From assembly GCA_016211165.1 (NCBI GenBank), contig JACQSU010000016.1, forward strand, positions 1-54,283: a DNA stretch of 54,283 bases, given 5' to 3'. Positions 44,731 to 51,648 of this stretch are shown here, piece after piece (position 1 is the first letter of the stretch; every line of letters begins with the position of its first letter). This stretch comes from Candidatus Woesearchaeota archaeon. GTDB taxonomy: Archaea > Nanobdellota > Nanobdellia > Woesearchaeales > JAGWAF01. A model generated the notes under the pieces. The model was not told the origin of the DNA. It ran no database searches and saw only the letters and a program-made list of their open reading frames with translations. A program made the translations under genes and the position numbers.

Positions 44731-46751
44731 CCCAACTCCGGGCGCACGGCCTCTTTATACTGTTCGCTTTGCAAGAAACGCATCATCCTGACACGATCAT
44801 CAGATGTGAGGGGAATCGGACGATATTCAATGACATTGAACATGATTGATTGCGCTCTTGCGATCTCGTCCGCGCTGATGGTGAGATTGCGCGTGTGGTA
44901 GCCGCCGATGATGACTTCACCCCGAGTGAGCACGATGTCGACGTCATAGTTGGCAGTATTGTCGATGAGCTGAATGAAACTGTCGTTTGATGGCAATGCG
45001 AGCTTCTCATCCAAGCCTCCACTCGCACGCACATTGATGATGGCCACCTCATCACCCAGGGATTCCGGCATGTCGCGGAATTCGCCTCCGACATCGGCAA
45101 AGTAGATCCGTTTCTGGACGCTTGCCCGCAAGGTCTTGAGATGCTGGAGATCAAGGACGGTGATATCATCATGGATACGCGTCTCATTTGGCAGATAGTC
45201 GCCGTGAGTGGCAAGGATCGTTGGATTATCACAGGAGGAAGGGATTCTTGTGGTGAGAGCATAGCGACCATCGATTGCTTGCGTGTGACCCAAAAGACAT
45301 CGACGACCAGCGCAACGGTAGGTCATGTTAATATCCGCAAGCTCGCTTGGGAATCCATCTGCGTCAATACCCACTGCACGGAATTCGTGGAAGGAATCAC
45401 CTAGCGTGGTGCAGAACTCCTCACGTGTAGGAACCTCTTGGAATGTTCGAACCATCACATCACGGGTTGGTTTGTTGCTTGCGATCTGCACAGGGAACGC
45501 AAATGAGAAGATATAACCTCTGCCGCCAAAGGCAGTCGGATCAAGAAGCGAGACTTTGATTGGATAGGCTATGTCGTATGCGAAATGATACGCATTCATG
45601 CACAGGAATGGAATGAAACGTGCAGGACCATCGACATTCTGTGAGCGGAGGATGCCACCAGAGCTCGGATTTGCTCGGAGATACATCCCAAACAAAGGAT
45701 GGTACTGGAATGCCACGCGGACATCGCCGGGCGCTTGACCAACATCAATTTGCGAATGGAAATATTCATACGCATCAGCAGGAGGATCCCTTGGGAAGCT
45801 CCTGCTTTTCCCAATATCCTCAAGACCATCATTGAGTTCTTGCTCAAGAGCTTCATTTGCAATTCGCAGACGCTCGTACGCTCCTTGCGGAGCGCTAAAT
45901 GGCGTGAATTTGGTGTTTGCCACGCGAATGTTTTGCAAGTTGTGGGTCAGCGTTGACTCAATCTGTGATCTGATTTCATCTTGAGTCCACTCTTTTTGCT
46001 CGCAGTCAAATTCGAGGTTTGTAAACGGGATTTCTGGGTTTGCACTTAAGAGGTCAAGGGTGAGATTCTCAAAAAACTCTCTATCGTTCTCAAAGCGCAT
46101 CAATCGGCCACCAAGATCATGCAGTTGCTTAAGACGCACTTGGTGGGCAACTTGGAATGAGTCAATCATAACGGTGCGCCCTTCTGCAATGCTGATCTCA
46201 AGAGGATACAGCGTTTCGATGATCACATCGTCGGAGGCAATGATGGCACGCGTCGAAAGATTCGCAAGCGGGCGGACCTTGATATTTGGAAGATCTGTGA
46301 AATTATGGATGCAGTCTGGAAGATCATTTTTTACATATGTTGCTAGGGAGCGCTCCATACCTGACAAGGTTGGGATGCGACTCTCGCCATTATGATGCCA
46401 ATACGGAATCTTGCGAATACCCTCCTGGTCTAAGAGGAGACTTGCTGTTATATCCGTGTCAATCCACGCAGGAATCTCAACCCAACCGCCAGTCGAGCCC
46501 ATCTCTTCAATCGCTCTTTGGGATGATTGACGCATACACTCCTCGATAAATCTCGCCACAGGCTCTGCTTCCGGAGGATAGATGATGCCCGGACGGATCT
46601 GACTCCACGATGAGAGATAACTCTGGATAAAGAAGATCGCAACAAGCACGATCAAACCCAAAATCACAAAACCAGTCAACTGACCTCTTGAAAAAGAGGG
46701 GTACATCCCTCTTTTGAACTCCCCCTGAAGATTTCCAAATAAAGCACCCAT
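44727..46751 (-). CDS. Membrane-anchored 674-aa protein, first gene of the giant-protein operon
   Basis: ATG 46751 is preceded by GAGGGGG at 4 nt, with a TATA ~38 nt upstream. N-terminal leader ..SFSRGQLTGFVILGLIVLVAIFF. The stop overlaps the giant gene start (ATGATGA). Alternative start M16 (46706). Confidence 0.85.
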   Translation of the reverse strand: MGALFGNLQGEFKRGMYPSFSRGQLTGFVILGLIVLVAIFFIQSYLSSWSQIRPGIIYPPEAEPVARFIEECMRQSSQRAIEEMGSTGGWVEIPAWIDTDITASLLLDQEGIRKIPYWHHNGESRIPTLSGMERSLATYVKNDLPDCIHNFTDLPNIKVRPLANLSTRAIIASDDVIIETLYPLEISIAEGRTVMIDSFQVAHQVRLKQLHDLGGRLMRFENDREFFENLTLDLLSANPEIPFTNLEFDCEQKEWTQDEIRSQIESTLTHNLQNIRVANTKFTPFSAPQGAYERLRIANEALEQELNDGLEDIGKSRSFPRDPPADAYEYFHSQIDVGQAPGDVRVAFQYHPLFGMYLRANPSSGGILRSQNVDGPARFIPFLCMNAYHFAYDIAYPIKVSLLDPTAFGGRGYIFSFAFPVQIASNKPTRDVMVRTFQEVPTREEFCTTLGDSFHEFRAVGIDADGFPSELADINMTYRCAGRRCLLGHTQAIDGRYALTTRIPSSCDNPTILATHGDYLPNETRIHDDITVLDLQHLKTLRASVQKRIYFADVGGEFRDMPESLGDEVAIINVRASGGLDEKLALPSNDSFIQLIDNTANYDVDIVLTRGEVIIGGYHTRNLTISADEIARAQSIMFNVIEYRPIPLTSDDRVRMMRFLQSEQYKEAVRPELG
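46691..46725 (+). repeat. Family-A palindromic repeat inside the 5' end of 44727-46751
   Basis: aaaaagaggggtacatccctcttttgaactccccc. The alternative ATG 46706 sits in the hairpin loop. Confidence 0.75.
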
Positions 46752-46788
46752 ACTACCCCCTCAAACGTAAGGCAAACAACCCGAAAAA

Positions 46789-46801
46789 GCGTATATAAAG
46801 G
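46789..46801 (-). promoter_or_regulatory. Candidate TATA box of the giant-protein operon
   Basis: The minus strand reads CCTTTATATACGC, ~38 nt upstream of ATG 46751. Confidence 0.4.
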
Positions 46802-46862
46802 TTTCGAGGGGAATGGACGTGAACGGCATCAATGCCCTGGCCTACCAGTTATAACGCCGGAA

Positions 46863-46977
46863 CTTATAGCAAGTTGGGTTAGAAGTTAGGAAAGGAACTT
46901 TTGCGTTCGACTGGCACGAAGTGCATCTCGACTCAACTTGGACGCAAAAGTTCATATAATTCGTCAACTGTCTATAG
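46863..46977 (-). mobile_element. Family-C MITE-like element, long form (115 bp)
   Basis: Reverse complement of 48630-48738 with few differences. Terminal arms cttatagcaagttg / caactgtctatag. Internal 11-bp inverted repeat aacttttgcgt / acgcaaaagtt. Confidence 0.8.
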
Positions 46978-47003
46978 TTCAGCAGTGAAGAGTCAATCAA
47001 ATC

Positions 47004-47603
47004 CTATCTCGCAGAATCTGACTGTCGTTCAACGTCGTTCTTCTTTGAGATTGCCATTGAGTTTGGAGAAAGGTTATACGCATTCACAATTTCATCAGCA
47101 AGCGCGTCGACAAGGGATTTCTTGGTGTTAAAGCACTTCGCATAGCTTCCTTGGACAAAGTAGCGCAGGCAGATGTCGATGCGTCGTTGTGGTGAGCATT
47201 CGACTGCTTTTGGGTAGCGTGCTCCGCCGTATTCGATGGTGAGGATTTCTTCTCGTGGTGCGCCGTGCTCGACTGCTTTGACAAAGACTTCGATGGGGTT
47301 TTTCTTGGTTCGTCCTTCAACAAGTTTCAAGGCTTCGAACACGGTGTTATAGACATGAGTTGCCTTGCCGGTGATGTGGCCTGATGATCGCCAGTGTTTT
47401 TTTGATCTGTGGCCTGGCACCATCAGTTTGTTCATGAGGCGCTCGACGATGAATGTCTTTGATTTGTGGAATTTGTTTCCTGCGTATCGCGCTCCGGTTT
47501 TGGGAACAAAGCGTGCTTGGGTAGTGATATAATTGACAAGTCCGGGGTCTTCCACAGTGATGCCTGTTGTGCTCCATGTGTTGAATGCGAGGACTTCGGT
47601 CAT
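47004..47603 (-). CDS. rps7: 30S ribosomal protein uS7
   Basis: Full-length match to the archaeal S7 pattern (..RFVPKTGARYAGNKFHKSK..IVERLMNKLM..NPIEVFVKAVEHGAPREE..). Confidence 0.95.
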   Translation of the reverse strand: MTEVLAFNTWSTTGITVEDPGLVNYITTQARFVPKTGARYAGNKFHKSKTFIVERLMNKLMVPGHRSKKHWRSSGHITGKATHVYNTVFEALKLVEGRTKKNPIEVFVKAVEHGAPREEILTIEYGGARYPKAVECSPQRRIDICLRYFVQGSYAKCFNTKKSLVDALADEIVNAYNLSPNSMAISKKNDVERQSDSAR

Positions 47604-47608
47604 TGTGC

Positions 47609-48046
47609 TTACCTGCGTGCTTTTTCGATCTTTCCCTTAAGGAGCGCGTCGAGGGATTGGTCATTGACTTTGACAAGCTTCCATCGGACTCCGGGGATGT
47701 CTCCCATTGCGCGTCCCATTTTTCCGCCGATGCACTCGACAAGTACTTCGTCGTGTTCATCAACAAGTTTTGATGCGCCGTCCCCCGGGCAGAATGCCGT
47801 GATTTGGCGGCCGTTCTTGATAAGTTGGACCCTGATGCATTTTCGCATGGCTGAATTTGGTTGTTTGGCTTCGAGCTGGATCTTTTCTAAGACGATGCCG
47901 CGCGCTTGGGATGACCCTTCAAGCGGGTCGACGCGTTGTCTGATCTTGAGTGCTTGCTTAATGAATCTGCGGTGCATCCAGCGCGATCGCTTGCGTCGTT
48001 TCTGGAGCGATTTGGCTGCGTTAAGACCGGTGGTTTTGCTACCCAT
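47609..48046 (-). CDS. rps12: 30S ribosomal protein uS12
   Basis: ..[47 protein letters not shown].. ATG 48046 lies 24 nt downstream of a TATA box. The 48139 start is an extension through the promoter. Confidence 0.95.
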   Translation of the reverse strand: MGSKTTGLNAAKSLQKRRKRSRWMHRRFIKQALKIRQRVDPLEGSSQARGIVLEKIQLEAKQPNSAMRKCIRVQLIKNGRQITAFCPGDGASKLVDEHDEVLVECIGGKMGRAMGDIPGVRWKLVKVNDQSLDALLKGKIEKARR

Positions 48047-48066
48047 TGTGTCGAGGTAGATATGAC

Positions 48067-48084
48067 CCCTTTTTAAATATAGCG
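48067..48084 (-). promoter_or_regulatory. TATA box / promoter of rps12-rps7 (leaderless-type spacing)
   Basis: The minus strand reads CTATATTTAAAA (48071-48082); ATG 48046 follows after 24 nt. Confidence 0.55.
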
Positions 48085-48777
48085 ATGGAAAAAGTCGGCC
48101 CTGTCGGCCTCTCGGTCGCAACATTCGTGGTTTGCGCAAGGGGGATCATGTTGTGCGTACTGTGCGAAGGCCTTGTCCATCGTGTCCGAATTGTTCTCGT
48201 GGGAATAATGACATGTGTTCGACAGGGAAGTTTACTGAGATCGGCATTGGCGGAGTGCATGGCATCCCAGGAGGGCATTGGTGAGTGGTGCTGGTCCGAT
48301 TGGGATCTTGCAGGCAATGTTTCTTGTTGAGAAGGGATTGGAGGTGTATGTGGCGGCAAGAGGACTCCCACCCAATCGCAAGTCAAAGATTGTTAGTACC
48401 ATTGGCGCGCAGTATGTGAGTGTCGCTACTACTCCTCTGAAAGAGATCCCAAATGGATTCGGCTTGATGGATCTTATCATCGAGGCATCTGATGTTTGGG
48501 ACAGTGAATGCGAATCGCGTTGATTATGAGAATGGCGTGGCGAGTCTTGGGCGTTTTATGGAGTGCTGGCCACAAGAAGTGCAGGCGCTTTTCACACGGC
48601 GTTTGTCCATTGATGACTTTGAGACGGCACTTATAGGCAGTTGACGAATTATATGAACTTTTGCGTCCAAGTTGAGTCGAGATGCACTTCGTGACAGCCC
48701 GACGCAAAAGTTCCAACATTGACTCAACTTGCTATAAGCCTTCTCCTAATGACATCAAGACGGTGATCGAGTTCTGA
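48085..48777 (+). pseudogene. Decayed Zn-dependent (MDR-family, glucose/threonine dehydrogenase-like) dehydrogenase gene with frameshifts, deletions and a MITE insertion
   Basis: Fragments lie in three frames: [39 protein letters not shown], then VSGAGPIGILQAMFLVEKGLEVYV..LIIEAS, then ..FTRRLSIDDFETA[MITE]PSPNDIKTVIEF*. The N-terminal ~60 aa are missing. Confidence 0.65.
48630..48738 (+). mobile_element. Family-C MITE-like element, long form (109 bp), inserted in the dehydrogenase pseudogene
   Basis: Inverted copy of 46863-46977. Deleting exactly 48630-48738 joins codon gca (48627-48629) to cct (48739-48741) in frame through to the TGA at 48775-48777. Confidence 0.85.
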
Positions 48778-48952
48778 CTCAAAACGCGTATGGATCAAAA
48801 GTCGTTGGTTGCTCCAGCATCGCCGGTGTGCAAGGCGTGAGAGACTCTGGTTGTGATGCGGCTGCGTGCCTTGCGATCTTTTGGTATGGGACTGAGATCG
48901 CAAAGAAAGCATTCAGCGACGCAACGTGCGATCTTATCACACTGGCTAGGCG

Positions 48953-49906
48953 TCACGTATTCACCCCTCTGATCTTTAGCATCCCCAATTTCTCCTGTGC
49001 GCTGCGCGCCCCCTTCTCTGCAAGCACGTTTCGTAACTCTTGTGCAATCCGTGTAAAGATCGCTGGTCCTTCTTGCATGTATGCAGTTCCTACCTGCACG
49101 CCAGTAGCTCCTGCAAGCACATAATCATACACATCCCGTCCTGTGTACACCCCGCCAACACCGAGGATGGGAATTCTATTCCCAAGAAGCTGATAAAAGG
49201 CGTGCACTTGGCCAAGGGCAATGGGCTTGATATATGCCCCACCTAGTCCTCCACGGCCGTTATTTGGATGAATCACGGTTTCATCCGTTAATGGGTCAAC
49301 GTGCACAGTATGTCCGATGCTATTGATAAGCGACAAATACGCAAGCTCGTGTTTCATCAGCATGTCTGCGGCTTCTTTAAGAAAGACTGGATCGCAGTAC
49401 GCAGGCAATTTCACGCCGATGGGTGCTTGCGTCTTAGTATTGATCGTCTTTAAAATTCGATCGCTTGCTTCCATGTCATATGCTATTTGGGGTTTGCCAG
49501 GGATGTTGGGGCATGACAAGTTGACTTCGATAAGATCTGCGACAGTGCCAATTTCTGCAGCCATGTTGTAGTAGTCTTCTTCTTTGAGCCCTGCGACGCT
49601 TGCGATAAAGACGCAGTCGGGGAATTCTTTTTTGAGTTTGGAAATCACTTCCATATACCGACCAACGCCAAGGTTCTCAAGTCCATTGCTATTAACAGAT
49701 CCATATTCCAAATCCGCATATTTCGGGTGGGGGTTTCCATCGCGGGGCTCGATTGTCATGGACTTTGTTACCACAGCCCCTGAGGATGACTGGCAAAGCG
49801 CTCGCAGATGATCCTCCATCGTGCATAGGGGTCCTGACGCGTTCATGATAAGAGAGGGTAGTTTCTTTCCTCCGATGGCGCAGCTTATATCGATTGCATG
49901 TGTCAT
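48953..49906 (-). CDS. pyrD: Dihydroorotate dehydrogenase, class 1 (Cys active site)
   Basis: NASGP.., IEVNLSCPNIPGKP (catalytic Cys), GGLGGAYIKPIAL, GVGGVYTGRDV. Confidence 0.9.
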   Translation of the reverse strand: MTHAIDISCAIGGKKLPSLIMNASGPLCTMEDHLRALCQSSSGAVVTKSMTIEPRDGNPHPKYADLEYGSVNSNGLENLGVGRYMEVISKLKKEFPDCVFIASVAGLKEEDYYNMAAEIGTVADLIEVNLSCPNIPGKPQIAYDMEASDRILKTINTKTQAPIGVKLPAYCDPVFLKEAADMLMKHELAYLSLINSIGHTVHVDPLTDETVIHPNNGRGGLGGAYIKPIALGQVHAFYQLLGNRIPILGVGGVYTGRDVYDYVLAGATGVQVGTAYMQEGPAIFTRIAQELRNVLAEKGARSAQEKLGMLKIRGVNT

Positions 49907-49925
49907 TTCTTCCTCCCAATGTCGT

Positions 49926-49977
49926 TTATAGTTGGTTCACTCACTAAAGTTCAATTATATAATGAACTGACTCTAAG
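49926..49977 (-). mobile_element. Family-C MITE-like element (52 bp) between pyrC and pyrD, preceded by a family-B half-site (gtcgtttat)
   Basis: ttatagttggttcactcactaaagttcaattatataatgaactgactctaag has the same architecture and orientation as 36173-36224. It overlaps the pyrC stop codon. Confidence 0.7.
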
Positions 49978-51040
49978 TTCGCCGGAGGCGAACATTAAGC
50001 GATATTCCCTGGTATGGATTGAGTGGGTACTCATTCCACAAGTCCGTTGATGGCACTGCTGCTCGTTGGTGGAATGGCAGTCGGAATATGTCAGCGATGT
50101 TTTGGTATGTGACGCGATGCACAAGAGCAGGTGATGCGCCAATCGAGCGCAACATGGAGACAAACACAGGATAGTATGGTAGTCCAGGAATGCCGGAGAT
50201 GTGGGGTGGATTCATTTTTTCATAAAGAGCGTGGGGCGCGTGGTCGGTCTCGATCCAGTCGATCTTACCCTCAAGCAGGGCTCGGAGCATCTCGGCTCGC
50301 ATCGGCTCGGGTCGTAGAGGGGGGTTCATTTTGTATAATATACCTTGTGCTCCAGCTAAGCTTGCATCCGACAAGACGCAGTGATGTGGTGTTACTCCCA
50401 TCGCAACCTTGATGCGTTTCTTTGCTTCGTTTGCTATGCGCACTGCCTCGGGCGTCGAGATATGCCCGATGTGCAGTGTTCCTTTGAATCCGATTTCCTC
50501 AACGAGGTTGATCTGGTCCTTGACTGATTCAACTTCCGCGTGCGGTGGTCGCGCATGAGCATGCGAGAGAGGCACAGCCGGATCCCACACATCCGAGAAG
50601 TACTCTTCTTTCTCGCAGTGCGTCATCAACACGCCATTGTATCCTGCATCCAGCAATGTTTGATATACGATCTTCTGCGAAGCCAAGTCTACCACGCTGC
50701 AATCTCCAACGCTTTTGCCGCAGAATAACTTAAGTCCTGCCACAAAGACATCCGAGTCCTTAGTAGGTCTATGATCAGCCCAGACATTGACTGCTTCGCG
50801 GATCTGGTCGGGATTAGCAGTCAAGAGAAGATGCATCCCGTATCGGACCGGTGACTTGCATTGCCGTGCAATCCCTAATCTCTCCTCGGTCAAACGCCTA
50901 TCTGTCACAGGCTTTGTCAGGTTGGGGATGTCAAAGATCGCGCTAAATCCAGCGCGTTCAGCGACAGAAAGCGCGTGTGATATTGTCTCCTTATACGATT
51001 GGTCCTTGTCCCTGCAGTGCACATGGGGGTCGATATACAT
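49973..51040 (-). CDS. pyrC: Dihydroorotase (amidohydrolase superfamily)
   Basis: Metal ligands in canonical order: DPHVHCRD, GLKLFCGKS (Lys), MTHCE, HIGHIST, ETDHAPH. ATG 51040; 51043 is a TTG. Confidence 0.82.
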   Translation of the reverse strand: MYIDPHVHCRDKDQSYKETISHALSVAERAGFSAIFDIPNLTKPVTDRRLTEERLGIARQCKSPVRYGMHLLLTANPDQIREAVNVWADHRPTKDSDVFVAGLKLFCGKSVGDCSVVDLASQKIVYQTLLDAGYNGVLMTHCEKEEYFSDVWDPAVPLSHAHARPPHAEVESVKDQINLVEEIGFKGTLHIGHISTPEAVRIANEAKKRIKVAMGVTPHHCVLSDASLAGAQGILYKMNPPLRPEPMRAEMLRALLEGKIDWIETDHAPHALYEKMNPPHISGIPGLPYYPVFVSMLRSIGASPALVHRVTYQNIADIFRLPFHQRAAVPSTDLWNEYPLNPYQGISLNVRLRRT

Positions 51041-51102
51041 CAAAAAGGTGGGTGTTCCACCATTCCTCTTATGTGTTGTGCTGTCACTGCAAGGGGGGAA
51101 AG

Positions 51103-51135
51103 GAAAAATCGTTTATTGTTATAAGTTGACTATAT
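51103..51135. repeat. Family-B half-site fused to a degenerate family-C end
   Basis: gaaaaatcgtttattgttataagttgactatat. Confidence 0.45.
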
Positions 51136-51140
51136 TTTTA

Positions 51141-51204
51141 GGGGGTTAAAAAGGGGGCGTAGTCTCCTTTTCAGGGAGTTTCAAAGAGGGGTTCACCCCT
51201 CTTT
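51141..51204 (-). repeat. Two family-A repeats (reverse orientation) at and over the nusA 3' end
   Basis: gggggttaaaaagggggcgtagtctcctttt and agggagtttcaaagaggggttcacccctcttt. The second encodes the last NusA residues (EPKEG*). Confidence 0.75.
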
Positions 51205-51648
51205 GGGCTCTACGACTTGTACAACATCAATTGGGAAATAGCGTTTCAAAATCCCTTCATAAAACCGTAGCATAATGGCCCCGCGTCCAATGATTTGCCC
51301 ACGAGAGGGATTATCAAGCGGCGTCACAAACAGCTTGCGCTCTTTCTGCTCAATATTGGCAACCTTGGCTGGGTAAAACAGGTTTTGGGCGAATGCGCCG
51401 ATCTCGTCGTTCCATTCGGTGATCTTGACTCGTCTGTTGAGCAATTGCTCTAACTTGTGAACATGTGCGCCGCGTGGTCCAATTGCCTTGCCAATCTCGC
51501 CAGGTTCCACAATAAAGACAGTTAATTCAAACTCTTGGATGGCGTCACGTACCTTTCCTGTGATGCAGTCTCGTACTGCGGATCGTGTCATTTGCTCAAA
51601 TAGTTGCATGCAGTAAATCGTTGCCTGATCCAGAACGAAATTCGCCAT
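51193..51648 (-). CDS. nusA: Archaeal NusA-like termination factor (two KH domains)
   Basis: KH motifs GKAIGPRGAHVHKL and GQIIGRGAIMLRF. Canonical position after rpl30e. Confidence 0.9.
   Translation of the reverse strand: MANFVLDQATIYCMQLFEQMTRSAVRDCITGKVRDAIQEFELTVFIVEPGEIGKAIGPRGAHVHKLEQLLNRRVKITEWNDEIGAFAQNLFYPAKVANIEQKERKLFVTPLDNPSRGQIIGRGAIMLRFYEGILKRYFPIDVVQVVEPKEG

Noticed and set aside
38242-46751. Diversity-generating retroelement (template/variable repeat pair, reverse transcriptase) targeting the giant protein
   Set aside because: No reverse-transcriptase ORF exists in the window, and I could not spot a near-repeat of the 3' coding region by eye. This cannot be excluded without a computational self-alignment.
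46901-47131. ORFs 46901-47131(+) and 48477-48719(-), which share the peptide TKCISTQLGRKSSYNSST
   Set aside because: The shared peptide is the translation of the two inverted family-C repeat copies. The ORFs also overlap rps7 and the pseudogene, so this is not a gene family.
48047-48139. N-terminal extension of uS12 ([14 protein letters not shown]..) and ORF 48039-48386(-)
   Set aside because: The extension covers the TATA box. uS12 homology starts at MGSKTTG (ATG 48046). The other ORF is out of frame within the pseudogene region.
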